Notes: generated by a model not told the origin, from the sequence alone. A stretch of DNA of 63,464 nt, filler included, from Sphacelaria rigidula (GCA_964200075.2; 5 parts of 5 records of this genome joined end to end with filler, not necessarily neighbours in it), one strand, 5' to 3'; positions 1 to 13,297 are shown, counted from the whole stretch's first letter. Numbers and translations are program-made.

Positions 1-153
1 GCGGAATTTTGTCTGGTTCAGGGGCTCCTAATGATTCTAAATGTGCAAACGGGGATGCCCTGACCCGTATTCTTGTGCATTTAGAATCATTAGGAGCCCC
101 TGAACCAGACAAAATTCCGCGAAAAAAGTGCACCCCTACCGTAGCATTGCTCT
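1..153. mobile_element. MITE fragment (right half, cut by contig start)
   Basis: 1-43 is the exact reverse complement of 78-120. It is followed by GTGCACCCCTACCGTAGCATTGCTC, which matches the terminal inverted repeat of the element at about 61580-61838, and the internal sequence is also shared. Confidence 0.75.
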
Positions 154-345
154 CGGTACACGTCGAAACCATGTACCACGCGCATTAATTGGTACTTCAA
201 CTGATAGCGTGTACTCCACGTGCGTTGCCGGACGTGCGTGACATGGATTCATACAATTTGCGATGAACCAACCTACAACATCTTGATTCGTCTTGTCATG
301 ATCCACTGAAGCCTCTTATATACATGTTGTTCTCCGTCTGCAAAG

Positions 346-3300
346 GCAACGCCTGGGTTCGCTCTTGCTCTGCCGTTGGTTTAGAGATGCGATAGCAAAG
401 TTCACTGTCGAGAACATGAACCAGGGGATCTACGTGGAATCGCCGCCTCCGCTTCCACCCATATTCGTGTCTCGGAAATCACGGCTTACACATCCACACT
501 CTGCATCCAATGCCATGGAAAATGAAAAGTGAGTGGTCAGGACTACGCCATCTCCTTGTACGCATATCGTTCTTCGCGCGCAAGCTTAGAGGGCGGACAC
601 TACCGGGCACATAACAGTGTTTGGATGCGATATGCCACATCTGACGCGACGACGATCTTGCGCCTCCCACTATCGTGTGCCAACTACAGCTTGCAGCGAT
701 CTTTACATCGCGCTCACTGTTCGCCATCGGTTCACACGCACGGTGCGAGGACTTAAGATCCATTTATCCTTGATATACCGTCTCACAGTTGAAGACATAG
801 CGCGCGATTCTCCCACGCCTGCACATGTGCACAGCTCCGTACTGCGTACAGTAGAAAGGCTTGATATGAGCACAACTATGTCATTCCGCAGAACGGCGCG
901 CCGACACCTCCGCGCACACAGTACCCATCAATACGCGCAGGAACACCCACTCACGAGCAAGCAATCGAAACACGATCCTGTGGCATATAAAAGCAGGATC
1001 GAGCGAGTACTGAGACGGTCCCGGAGCCTAAACAACGTGCGATCCCTGGATTCGGATAACCCCGCGGTCGTAGCCCGAGCCACTCGCCTCTCAAACCTAT
1101 ACGGGGTCAGCCTTGGTTCCGAGCTCGCCCGAAAAGGGGCCGCGGTACAAAGATCATCGCGCAGGAAGCGTCAAAGGCAACGGGGACACTCAGCCGCACA
1201 TTATATCAATGGATCGTCGGCCGCCCCTCCAGGTTCGGCAAACGATCACGACAGGTGACAAGTTTTTCAACGACGAGAACTAGAGGTTCGAAAAGGGACC
1301 GTGACTGATCCCATGATATGAGGCGAGGGTCTTGTGAGTCAAACGTTGCACGAAGAACCCACTTGGACACGTTGCTGCAAGCAATACTTTTCTTATGATA
1401 CTCCTGTTATCACTACGAAGCTCTTTTTCAAATTACTCAACACCGTTCCCGCCGGTACAGAAGTCCATTACTAGTGTGTGAGGTCGTGTGACACACTCAT
1501 GACCCCATTTTCCGGTGCAACCACACACCCCTCTCTCCTATCGTAGGATTAGAATCACGGAAATACTCACTCAGGTGTCATGCTTTTTGGCATCTTTCTC
1601 ACGGTGAAACTTGAAAAGTCGAGCATTCTGGTAGCTTAGTGCTACTGGATGGTGTAACAAGGTGGTCGGCAGGGAGAGAGTGGCGGCAATAGGGAAGGAC
1701 TGATGATGACTTATAATAATCACTGTAACACGGTACTAGCATCCGTATCCTTGAAACAACTCAGGGGTGGAGCCGGGGTAGTGGCCACTCCAGAATCTCG
1801 TACAGGCAGAAAGGTGATGAGATGTGCACTCGAAAAGGCCGGCGAGGCCGCCGCGCGGTACACGATCGAGGTCTCGAAGGAAATGAAGGCGTTCGATGGA
1901 CCGCCTCTGGGACCGAGGGACGTCCGGGAACTGCTCCTCAGGGTTTTTCGTATCAAATTGTCAGTGCCGGAGGCTACCGCTTTGGTTGCTTATTTTACCA
2001 AGGTGATGGGATGCAGTTATTCGACCGGCGCGAAGAGAACGGATCGCAGAGGCTGCTGAGCCTCTTGTCAATGAAGGCCCGCGAATAAGTACGGTCACGC
2101 AAGGGCTAGTGTGCTGTACTGTAGCATGGTTTGCATCCTATCTCATCGCAATGATGCCATCACGCCTGTATTGCTATCTCACGGAACTGCCAACATTATT
2201 GCAGCACGCCGAACTGGAAGAACTCGCCCTGATGGCGGCATGTTGAGATATGTGGCAAAATACGTCACATGCGTCACACCCGTGAGCAGTTGTATCAAGT
2301 AGCGATTCGGCGAACGTGCAGTCGCCCTGGTCAACCAGATGTACATAGAACACCCCGGAAAAGTTTCGAAGTCAAAAGCACAATGTTCGCTCATCACTGA
2401 TCGTGTCTCCCTACTTCCATCCTTACCAGCCCATTCCTGTCCACGACATGTTTCCTGCACATGTACAGGAGAAAGACGTGGGTCACATCGAACACGGGGA
2501 CTTCATCCATTCCATCCAGCGATTGAGGAGGGGTCAGGAGAATAACAACTTCCCAAAGCGAGAAAAACGTGCGCTTATAGCAACTGGCAGGGACCCCTGT
2601 GAACCACACACCCGACGACCTTTGCATCCGAACAAGTGCGCGGGTCAAAGGACGCCGTACGTTCCTCAGGTGCATTTCCGAACCGAGCGTGCTGATATTA
2701 CATACATGCTGCAGATACCAGATAAATCCTCCTCGACAGGAAACAAAGCAGAGTGGGGAACAGACTCGTCTGTACGACGTCATGACGCAACCAGGAAAAA
2801 CTCCGGAGTAGGTTGTTGTGATGGAAACGAGTTATATGTTGGTACCGTTACTGGAGCCGGTCGAACATGCCGAGAACTGCGGGGCTTTCTACGCAGCATT
2901 TGCCGAGTCTTCAAGAGCGGTGAAGAGCACGCTGCCGCCAAACGTGGACGAAAGAGTGTGGTCCGCCTTGTTCCTGTATTTCACGAAACGAAAAGCCACC
3001 GGTCAACGTCTGATGGCAAAATCACAGCTGTCATTGAGTGCTGTAAGCGGCAGTGTTGTTTATCCGATTCCCCACGCGGTGTCTCCCCTGATACTTGATG
3101 TTATATCACCCGTTGCTTGCTTTGTTGCGGGGGCCGTCGCAGGAACTTGCTGCTAAGCGGGGACTCGGCACTAATACTTTCGTCGGAGCCCTGGCGAAAA
3201 TTGACAGGGCGGCTGCTGCGTACGACCGGCGGAGGTATGCCTACAGCAAACCTCATGCTTTCGGACGTTAAGCGGCGTTGTACTATTTTTCTCGTGTTTT

Positions 3301-5365
3301 AAGCGTGTAAACGGTGTTTCGAGAATAAAGGGGTATTAGCCCCATTATCATCGACGCTGTTTCTTTCAGAGATCTCAGAATTTTTCAGAGTTTTCGAACT
3401 CTGCGTTCTGACTTCTCCGAAAATTAGGCGGCTTGATTTTTTCTCCCCGAGATTATTTCTTCATCTGAAACCCCAACATTTAGATTATCGAGATCCGAAT
3501 TTGTAGCGCGTGTAGTATTTGTCAATAGCTACCAGTAAGTGAAATAATGAACCATATTTCGAAGATTGGGTGTGGATGCAAGGGTCCGTCAAAAATATAT
3601 TTCGGGATTCGTGGGCCCCAAGATCGAAAATTTGAGTTTTTGAGGGGGGGGGGACATTCAGCCTGCTGTACTCCAGTTTATTGTCGAGGCGTTGGCGGAT
3701 GCGGCCGGCTACTGTGTCCAGAGGTTCTTGGCATGGGGACCGCTGGGATGACGGACACACCGCCCCTCCAAGCTCCTCACCTCCCAGGAGTATATTTATG
3801 GGGTCATGTTCCGTGTCGTGTGTTTCGACTACCCACCAATAGTAGTACTGTCAGATTTGGCGATGCTAGAGATAATGTTGCTACTTCGGCTACAGGTTGT
3901 CGGTACCGTGCGCTCGTGTATTGTAAATAGATGTGTGTGGGCGTTGCCGGCATCCGAGGTCATCGGGACAGGGCGGGCAGGGAGCAGAAGCAAATATACC
4001 AACCTCGCAAAGCCCGCCAGATTTTTCGGTTTTTGTTAGGGTTGATCAATTTCTTTCGATAATTTCAAAACAACAAATGACAAAAAAATGTAAAAAATCA
4101 TGACAATTTTCGAAAAGTTGTCCTCCGGGAGGGGGGGAGGATGGGGGCCCTCCGTGTCCGAAAAATTTCTCTCGACAGACCCTTGGTGGATACGAAGATT
4201 TCAAGACTCCGCGTTCTCATCCTCGATGAAAAGCTCCATCCTCAATTTCGACAATCGGCTGTTAAACACAAACTTTACGTACAGTGTACACACACTTGGC
4301 ATCACTATCATTTTGCGTTATTCTCGTCCATCGTTGGTGAAGCTAGCAGTGGTGCATAGTAGCTGGTATCGGAAACGCTGAAACTCATTCATCTACCCTC
4401 CGCTCTGGCGAGGGATGGCTTGCTCGCCGAATCCTTCATTTGATTATGTTGCTTGCACACATTTGCGTCAGGATCAAAAGTCTTCGCCAAGCAGAGCTGA
4501 CCCGGGCCACGTCACCCCGAGGGTTCGCTGGTGTTCTTCTCAGGCGGTTCGACGTCAGGGTCAGCGACAATGAAAGGAAGGAGCTCGTCAATATCCTTCT
4601 AGACAAGGTCTGCGTGTGTCGTCGAAGAATTCACCCTCTCCTACTAGACAACGTTCGCGTGTATCATTTAAGCATACACAATTCATTATTCATCGAAAGT
4701 ACCAGGGCACCGGTCTCGGTTTCAAGCACAGTACAGCAGTGCTCAATACAGTACAGCGCACGCATGTTTCAAAGCTTCGGAACGACTGGTCAGATTTACG
4801 GCAATCCTTCGAAGTAGGTGTGCAAATTCTTCACGACTCATACATTTCAGCTTAGGTCAGCAGCTATTATGGAACTGGTTTTGGGAAAACACAGGAGTTT
4901 CATAATTCTAACTCCAAACTAGGATGAATACTACCCGTAGCAATGTTGTGCGATCTGAGGCGGCAAAAAACTAGGTCGGAAAGGCAGGCGATGCAAGACG
5001 ACGCTCGGGTTCGCTTTTGTGTATAATAAGTATAGTCATGATATCGTGCAGCGCTAAATCGTAGTTCCTGGCCTACATCACCCGACCCGCCTTCCGCTGC
5101 CGTGCTCGTGCGCATAAACACGTGCGCCACGACAGGATGGAGCGATAGACGTTGAGCGATTTCGCGCGTATTTTTTGGGGCTTGTTGATACTTCAGCACC
5201 ATCACGAACGGTACGGGAGAGCGCTGGCACCTTAAGCGAAGAGAGTGGTCACGAAAGCCTTGATCGTGAGAGAAATCATTTAGTGCCTGCTGCTACCCTA
5301 CCCCGGCTTGCCGACAGGCGACAACGAAGGCGAGGCGAGGAATAAGGGCCATGGCGGATACTTGA
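346..5365 (+). CDS. Multi-exon hypothetical protein with two degenerate EF-hand-associated repeats (5' truncated)
   Basis: Phase-consistent GT-AG exons 346-528, 892-1254, 1765-2002, 2469-2669, 3143-3234, 4472-4607 and 5318-5365 (last exon less certain). Duplicated motif ALEKAGEAAARY..F..PLGPRDVRELLLRVFRIKLS..EATALV / ALAKIDRAAAAY....SPRGFAGVLLRRFDVRVS..ERKELV. EF-loop-like KEKDVGHIEHGDF. Confidence 0.7.
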
Positions 5366-6072
5366 AACATCAACCTGAATGATACCCTTACTCTCGAAGC
5401 AACGAAGGCAATGGGGGATACGAAATCGAGGAACAGGCTGGATATGCTAGCGCTGCAGCACTCGACCCCCCAGTCGGTGTGTAACAGTTGAGACAAGTAA
5501 GAGCGCCTCTTCGGGAGGGGAAGGAACACAGGGGGGCGTAGAGAGGGTCCTTCCGTTTCGACACGCAGGGAATTGTAGGAGCTCTCCTTCATCGCCGGGT
5601 CAACGATGCAAGCCAATCATACTGCGAAGTGTTCTGGTGGAATTGATTGAAATACGGAGTCAGAGCCATCCGCTGCTCACCAATACGGTTCGGTTCCTCC
5701 TAGCATACCTACTTGGCGAGCGTGGCTTTAAGTAGGGGTTCAGCCTAATGGAGAGGCGAGAAAAAACACCATGTGCTCAGCAGTCATGTACTTCTACGTT
5801 CACGGACTCTCGACGACTGACCTCGCGACTTCACATGCACTGCCCCGGTGCAGGATGTACCGAGGCTATGCTTACCCTACAAGGTAAACTATAGGGGGAA
5901 GTGGGACGCTGTGCAGCAACGGTGTCCATCACACAGAGACACATATCCATACGAATGCCGCCAGTCGTCCCCCTCACAGAGGATCTCACAATTTACCACC
6001 GCCGTTGCTCTCAACAGCAGAAGCGTAATTCTTGCGTGAATCTAATACATGAAGCAAACCTATCCGCGCAGC

Positions 6073-8726
6073 TTATAGATCATCCGCGGAAATTCCACTC
6101 TTCAACGCGGAAAAACTGCGGCGCACCTGCAACAGTCTTTCTCGTAAATCTTCGCTACTTCTCGACACCGTTTCCTTTCCTACAGGCTTCGCCCCCCCAC
6201 TAGCTAGATTCTCCGACGCTCGACCGCGGGTTTCACCGTTCTCTTCGTAATTCTGTGTCATCAGTTCCACGCTCTTTACATCATTCGCTGTCGTGTACTT
6301 TGTGGCATCTTCTGCAAACAAGTTCCTCTTTTCACGTACGGCTTCCTTACTTCCAGTGATTGATATACTAGCGATGCAACCTCTGGCACCCTCGTCGCCG
6401 CCACCATTAGCAACGTCGTTCGCTGAAGAACGAATCTGTACTGCTGCCATGCCCCTGCGAAGTTTGCCCTCTCCACCACTATCAGCCGTTGTTGCTCTTC
6501 TTGTTGCTGGTGTAGTCATCGCAGCACCGGATCCGTCCTCATCATTCGCACCGAATAACCGCCGGCGGGACAGCCCGCAAAGTGAATTTGGCCCTCCAGG
6601 CTCGGTGGATGTGTTTCTTTGGCCCTTTTGTGCCCCCAGTCCACAACATCCTTCGGCACTCACTGGAGTGCTCTCGTAAAGCATACGGCGTATTACATCT
6701 GTAGTTGGTGTTCGAGCGCGCGAAGGCTGCCGCCCCCCTATATCGACGCCTGCTTCGCTCCGGACTCTCGAGGGCGTGCGGTTACCACAATTACGGTGAG
6801 CCGATAAAACACCTGTCTTCTCCATCGACGCTGTTCCTCGTGATCGCTGATCACGGATGCCCGCTACAGTCGACCCACTACCACCTCCTCCACCACACTT
6901 ACGGGAGAAAACAGACACGGGGGCTGCTCGGCAGTCGTCACCATCGGTGGTATCAGAAGCTTTTCGAGGCATAGACCCCCCGGCCGCCACCTTCGTAGAT
7001 GCAACACAAACCGATCCAGGAGTAGACACTAGGTCGGGGTGACAGTGGTGATGTTGTTGCCTGTCCGCGCACACCGTGGTGTTGGCTTTGACGTGCGCCC
7101 GTCCATGCGGAGGAGACGGAGTGCAACACTTGCAGAAGTGTGGGCTATCGACTCGTGGTGCGGCGCAGCTCTGCGTTGTTCTCGACCGCAGAGGTGGCGA
7201 TGTTGAATTTATCGAGCCCTTTCCACAGTGACCTCTCTCCGAGCGCCCTTCTGGCGTCCCAAAAACCTCACGTAGGATTACTTCCCGTGAATTTTTCACG
7301 GGAGGGGTGCATGGCCCACTTTGATCCACCGTCGAGCGACGTGGGTCGGAGAGGGCGACCCTTTCCACGCTCGCGGCGGAGTTGTTGACACCTCCATCAA
7401 CGCGTTGGTGGGGAGTAGACTGCTGTCTTCGGAGGGATGAAACTAGGGCGTCTCTCTTGACCGCCGCTAGCGATCGCTGAAACACGTCTTCCTCGAGGGC
7501 GGATATTCGAGCCTGATCAAACGCGTGTGAACGGGTATCGTACAACATACGGTCCAGCGGATAAAAGAAAACGTGAGGTCGGAAGCGATGGGGCAGAGCA
7601 CCCGTCCCGGACAATGCAACTATCTTCTCGGGGTTCCCTCGGCAAACGAACACTTGCAAGAAACCCCGTCACACTGAATTCTTCGTTCCACGTCGACATT
7701 CCGTCAAATTTGAAATGCAACCACACCGAAGAACGACCGCCAGGGGACTGCTGCATTGAAGAAATAGCAGTGAGCCATGATGTGTGTAGTTGTGCATTGC
7801 GTTTGCATCTCAAAATAGTACACAGTTCATCGCGGACTCACCGACACACTCACATGCGACTGAGATCTACGTACCAGTGGAGGGTGCAGCTGCATACCCA
7901 AGGGAAGTGATGGCAACAAATGCACCTCAAACAACTCAAGCCGATTCCATCGTATCTTGGGCGAAGCCACCAACACCGCGCACTCACGATATTTACCTGG
8001 CTGTCTTCATCTTTCTCTCGTAGAGATTGCACGACGATCCGCAACGTTTCGCATTCCTTTCGGAGACATCTTAACTCTTCGCTTCCGCAATTTGTAGCGT
8101 CATGCACCACCCCCGTTCGACTGTCTCCCCCCTCCTCGCGCACCCGCAGCACTGGTACTATTTCACCCTCCGGATGTTTGATGTCGTAGCACTGATCCGG
8201 TTCCTTGCTACCACCACACCCCAGATACGAGCAACAGTGGCTATCACTGCAGTGCTGTTTCTGTCGGTCACCCTGCCGCCTTTCGTCTTTAGAAACTGTC
8301 CTCGCTATCTCCCTCGCCGTATGCCTACACGTGGAGAAATCCCGACCGCGCTCTCCGTGGTCTGGAAACAATGCCCCTGCTCCTGTGGATGCTGCTTCTG
8401 GTACTGTCGTTGTGTTTACGGGTAAATCGCTGTGCCGTCTCCCTCGGCAACGAGCGGCGGCAAGGTCTGATAACAGATCTCTGGCGTTCTGCTGCAGGCA
8501 CGGCAGCAAAGCGCCTAGCTCAGGTGATGATACCCACTCAGCATGATGCCGCACGACGGGATCTACGCAAAAAAAAGGGGACGCGAAAAAATGGGGTGGG
8601 GAAGCTTACTTGGTATCTCAACAAACAGAAGGAACGACAGGATTCCGCCCGCAGACGAAAATAATTTTCATGCACATTATGGGAATGGTACTTGAAGAGG
8701 CTACAGTTTTTTTTAAATGTGAAGGC

Positions 8727-8764
<38 letters not shown>

Positions 8765-10342
8765 GTTGTGCCCATGGTATAGGCGACAAAAAGGAGTTGA
8801 TGTCGATGCAAAGCACAACCCGGTATGCAGGATATACCGTACAACCTCTCCGTTCTCCTCGAAATGGATCATGCAAGCGCCTAAACTCCAACGATCATGT
8901 AGGCATATGAAAAAAATCGTGACAAACAAACACTTCAACACGCACAGACCTCCGACTTTTTCGAGTAGCTCGAGTAGTCAGCACATCGTTCCTCATTGTT
9001 CAACCCCCGAGATCCAAATCAGCAACGCCGACATGTTTCCCCTCTCTATTACTGTATCGATCAAATCCTCACCATCACTTCCTCTCTGCTCATCACCGCC
9101 GCCGCCGTCGCCGCCAACCTCCCCCGGGACTTCATCCTGGCACGTCTCCGCAGCCGACCCAGCATGTCCCGCCCCTGATTTCATCATTTTCCGAACTTGC
9201 ATCACCGCATCGTGCCATCGCACCATTTCTGCAACCTCGAATCGCAGGCGTTGTGTTTCGGCGCAAGCACTGCGCGTCTCATTCTCTGCGGCGGTTGCTG
9301 CTTCCTCCGCCGCTCGCCGGGCAGCTTCCGCCTTGTCCGCTCGCTGTTCTGCCCGGCGTACTCTTTTTTCATGGAAACTCGCGGGTACAGCATCATGGTA
9401 ATCTGTATCGCTGCTTCTCCGTGGTCGGGATATACTGTTGCCGGCAGTGGTCGCTGTTGTTTTACCGTCCTCCAGCGGTAGGCTATTGCTACTATTGCTA
9501 CTGCAGCTGCGGGAATCGCCTCTGAAGCTACTATTTTCGACTTCTGCGGTGGTGATCGAAGAATATATTCTGGACTTCGCAGGAGTAGGGATGTGTTGCG
9601 TAGAGGTAATATCAGCTCTGTCGTAGAGCATGTTCCCACATACAGCCAACGCACTCTGACCACGGCGTGGAGATTCACGTCTCGGGCTTGACACGACAGC
9701 CCCGTCGGCAAGCGACCTGGGTGGGGCCGGCGCGGGGTAAGGCTCGGGTGGCCTCATCGCTTCCGTCGGTCCTTTTGGGTAATCGCCGATATGATTGTCG
9801 GTGCTCCTGGTACCAGGCGTGCCACGGCTTCCTACCGACCGGCACCGCTCTTCCTGCTGCGTTAGCCAAGGGCACGACGTCTTGCTTGACTGTTGCGCCT
9901 CATCATGAGAGCCATGAGCACACTCGGTAGCACGTCCTATCGTGCTTGCACCTGACAGGGTGGGTGACGAGCTAGGGTGAGGGCACCGGCATACGTCTCT
10001 TGCGGAAGAAAGTATTCGGGAGCGCTGTCGGTGTTCACTCACAACGCTTACAGAAGAGACAATGTTGCTTTTCTTTTTCATCCAGAGCAGCTGCACCTCG
10101 CTTAGACACAACATACCATGAGTACTTGCAGACATGACGCTGTTTGGTGAGCTGTCATGCCCAATATCGCTAGATCGTGCGTTGATATTGGATGCTGGTA
10201 CTCAGCAAGCTCCTACCTGTTGTACACTGGCAATACTTTTCTTTCCACGTACCTGTGTTGGGGCGTCCACCGGAGCTGGCAAGAATGGTGGACTCGAGAT
10301 TTCCAACACGATTCAAGCACGCCCGAAGGTGATCGTCTTGTC
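6073..10342 (-). CDS. Multi-exon low-complexity / coiled-coil hypothetical protein (5' part not found in contig)
   Basis: Phase-consistent exons about 10342-10254, about 9952-9073, 8562-7997 and 7512-6073, with AG acceptors and GTACGT/GTGAGG/GTAAAT donors. Coiled-coil-like stretches RVRRAEQRADKAEAARRAAEEA, LRKECETLRIVVQSLREKDEDSQARISALEEDV and EDLRERLLQVRRSF. Confidence 0.7.
8727..8764. repeat. (AAC)n microsatellite, about 12 units, intronic
   Basis: Seen directly in the sequence. Confidence 0.95.
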
Positions 10343-10445
10343 CTAGGAGAAAATCTTGCACGCTGTTTAATTCTTTCTCCTGCCGACACGATACGGCAAG
10401 CAGGAGAACCCAGGCAGAAAAGACACTGGTGTTGAGTGGGCATGT

Positions 10446-10703
10446 TGTGTGTGTGTGTGTTGTCATCCCAGCTATTTTGCACGCCAGTCCACACTTTTCG
10501 GGATATGTGGGCGCATGAGCCGGGGTCACACAAGAAGAAGGCCAACACAAGAGTCTTTTGAAATTCTGTTTTGGTATCCCATCTTCCTTCTGCGGTGCGT
10601 GTCTTACCATTTATCGTGAGCAAGGGCTCAGCGGCCCCTTTCCCTCGTCGACCGTGAAGTCGAACCTAGTGTACCCACGGCAAAGTCTCTCTCCACTCTC
10701 GGG
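10446..10703 (-). mobile_element. SINE family A, 5'-truncated copy
   Basis: Reverse complement of the body and (CA)n tail of the 10750-11128 element. Confidence 0.8.
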
Positions 10704-10749
10704 CATGTTTTCTTTTCCTCTCTTTGTTCTTTGTTCTTTGTCGCACTTG

Positions 10750-11128
10750 GCCGGTCGCCCCGGTGGCTCAGTTGGCAACCTCGAAACCTTCTGACGATTG
10801 GGTCGTGGGTTCGAATCTCGGAACGATCTTGGATTTTTTCCCATACAAATCCCAACAGTGAAGAACGACTATGTCGTGGGTACACAAGATTCGACTTGGT
10901 GATCTACGAGGGGAAGCGACTGCTGAATCCCTCTCGCGATAAAAAAGAGAGGCAAGCACCGCAGAAGGAAGGTAGAGACCTAAAACAAACAAGGAAGAAA
11001 AAACTCCTGTGTTGGCCTTCCTCCTGTGTGAGCCCGGCTGGTGCGCTCACATGTACCGAAAGGGGTAGACCGGCGTCCAGAATATATGGGACAGCGACAC
11101 ACAACACAACACAACACAACACACACAC
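10750..11128 (+). mobile_element. tRNA-derived SINE family A, full length
   Basis: Head GCCGGTCGCCCCGGTGGCTCAGTTGG (A box) ... GGTTCGAATC (B box), then a non-tRNA body and an (ACACA)/(CA)n tail. At least 6 related copies in the window. Confidence 0.85.
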
Positions 11129-11129
11129 T

Positions 11130-11405
11130 TGGAACTCCTCCCATTTCTCGTGACTAGTTCGTGGTCCCGAGGGATCATCATCAACCCATCTCTCCCCGGT
11201 ACACACCTTAATTTTTGGTCTCGCAGATTGGGTCAGCACCCTCGGACCGCATCAACTTTCGCCACACAAACTCAGTCAACTATTCAGTGTTTACTCACGT
11301 ACTCATGCCTTAGATGGTGGAAATCCGATACTTCGAAGAAAAATCCAACGCATCGGGAATCAAACCCATCTTCTCTCTATCCAACTGGTGACAGTCGAGC
11401 CATTT
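11130..11405 (-). mobile_element. SINE family B, diverged copy
   Basis: Reverse complement similar to the 23012-23325 and 27058-27370 elements (GGTGGAAATCCGATACTTCGAAGAAAAATCCAACGCATCGGGAATCAAACCC). Confidence 0.65.
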
Positions 11406-11444
11406 TAATTTAGACCACCTGGACGCGGCAGCTCAAAACAGCAG

Positions 11445-11670
11445 TTTTACTTTCTTCTCTTTGTTTTTTGTACTCCTCCTTCCGTCTGCGGTGCTTGCCA
11501 TTTATTATCCAGCCAGGGGTGCAGCAATCTCTTTTCTCTCCTCGACCCTGAAGTCGAATTGAAACCACGACATAGTCCCCCTTCACTGTTGGGCTTGGTG
11601 TGAGGAAAAATCCCACATTGTGTGACTTTACCAAGATTCGAACCCACGACCCCGTCAGAACGTTTCGCAG
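11445..11670 (-). mobile_element. SINE family A, partial copy
   Basis: Contains the reverse complement of the B box (GATTCGAACCCACGACCCCGTCAGAACG) and of the body. Confidence 0.7.
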
Positions 11671-11998
11671 GCACCGTAGGTAAGGAACCGTACCGAGCGT
11701 ATCCCCAGTATTTACCGGGGTATCCCATACCGTGGTATGGGTAGGTACAGTAAGTATGACATTTGAAAATACCGGATTTGGCAGGTACGGTAGGTATTGA
11801 AATCTCGAAATACCGTGGTATCGTAGGTATGACAGTTGAAAATACCGGATTTGGCAGGTATGGTAGGTATTGAAATCTCGAAATACCGTGGTGTCGTAGG
11901 TATCGTAGGTATGGCATTTGAAAATACCGGATTGGACCGGTATCGGTAGGGTATGAGATGTCCCAAATACCGGTACCGGGTACCTGCCACACCCTCTA
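11671..11998 (-). mobile_element. MITE-like element with internal tandem GGTA/TACC-rich repeats (second copy 12508-12616)
   Basis: Tandem units TTGAAAATACCGGATTTGGCAGGTA..GGTAGGTATTGAAATCTCGAAATACCGTGG. Terminus TAGAGGGTG on the minus strand resembles hAT ends. Related sequence lies at the contig end. Confidence 0.6.
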
Positions 11999-12616
11999 TA
12001 CCAGATTCAAAACTGTCATCTGGCAGTGCGAAGCGTTTCAGTGCAGTAGTACGCAAGAGTAGGGTTTGCTCCTCTATGTGTAGTTGTATTTTTTCATTCA
12101 GAGCACCCGGCCATTGCGCAGTATTTACGGTGTATAAATATGGAAGGTTATTTCATTGGTATTTTGGCACATTGCTGTGTATATTGTATGCCTTCTGCGA
12201 CCCCTTGTTTTTAGTTTTTCCTCCTTTTCGTCTTTTTTCTCCTTGTTTGCTTGCGCGTGGAATATTATCGCATATAATGCTCATCTTCGACATGGAACAA
12301 TGCATACCTTCGAATGATAAAATATTTGTACCCACACACCAAAAACATCAGAGAGCATGGGAATATTCATTCGAATTGATCCAAACACAATTTAGGGGGA
12401 ATGTGGGTATTCATTATTTGTGAAAACAAGACGTGCTTGCTCCGACAGCTTCTGACCTCAGTGTGAGTTGGCACCAACTGCTGCATCGTGGGGAGTGTAT
12501 CGCGTTGGGTAAATACCGGGTATACCCCCGGTATTTACCGGGGTATCCCATACCGTGGTATGCGTAGGTATCGTAGGTATGAGTTTTGAAAATACCGGAT
12601 TGGGCGGGTACGGTAG

Positions 12617-12716
12617 NNNNNNNNNNNNNNNNNNNNNNNNNNNNNNNNNNNNNNNNNNNNTTAATTAATTAANNNNNNNNNNNNNNNNNNNNNNNNNNNN
12701 NNNNNNNNNNNNNNNN
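12617..12716. other. Artificial contig spacer (44N-TTAATTAATTAA-44N)
   Basis: Identical 100-nt spacer, with stop codons in all six frames, occurs four times. Confidence 0.98.
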
Positions 12717-13049
12717 AGTCTTCTTTGGTCTTTCACAGTAAAAATGGTTGCCGTCGGTCTTTTCTGCTTCCGTCTTTGCTTCTTTGTCAGGGCTTCTCAT
12801 GATGAGGTGTCTGGCCCGGGGACGGGAGGGGAGGGTTCGCAAAGGGTTAAGCAGACGAAAGGCGTGTGGGCGTAAAAAAGTGGACTGCTGGTCGAGCAAA
12901 GCTCGGAGCATGTTTCCAATCCTGTCCTATTGTACGCCCGGCACTCTCATAAACCACGTGCGGCAGGTTGTAGCAGACTGTACGCTAGTACCGAGCATCT
13001 TAACGCGTACATGAAAAACTGATGGGTGCTCATATCTGCCCCCGCACTC

Positions 13050-13297
13050 CGCGGCACACAACATTAGACTTTGCGGTCGACGAGGGAAAGGGACCGCTGA
13101 ACCCCTCTCGCGATAAAAAAGGAAGGCGTGCACTGAAGAAGGAAGGTGGGGGTACGAAAAACAAAAACAAAAATCACTCCTGTGTTGACCTTCCTCCTGT
13201 GTGACGCGGAGTGATGCGGCCGCATATCCCCGAAATGTGTAGACTAGCGTGCAAAAAGATAGGTAGAATGACCACTTCACGTACAACACACACACAC
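13050..13297 (+). mobile_element. SINE family A, 5'-truncated copy
   Basis: Body GTCGACGAGGGAAAGGGACCGCTGAACCCCTCTCGCGATAAAA...CCTGTGTTGACCTTCCTCCTGTGTGAC and a (CA)n tail. Confidence 0.8.

Noticed and set aside
10750..10830. tRNA genes at SINE heads (also 23012, 27058, 45861, about 21801-21860)
   Set aside because: A/B boxes are present, but there is no complete cloverleaf or acceptor stem and each runs into a shared non-tRNA body.
11447..12056. ORFs with repetitive Tyr/Pro-rich peptides
   Set aside because: They are translations of the MITE's internal tandem repeats.
12661..12672. TTAATTAATTAA as a biological motif recurring every about 12.7 kb
   Set aside because: It is an assembly linker embedded in Ns. 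The periodicity reflects length-sorted contigs.
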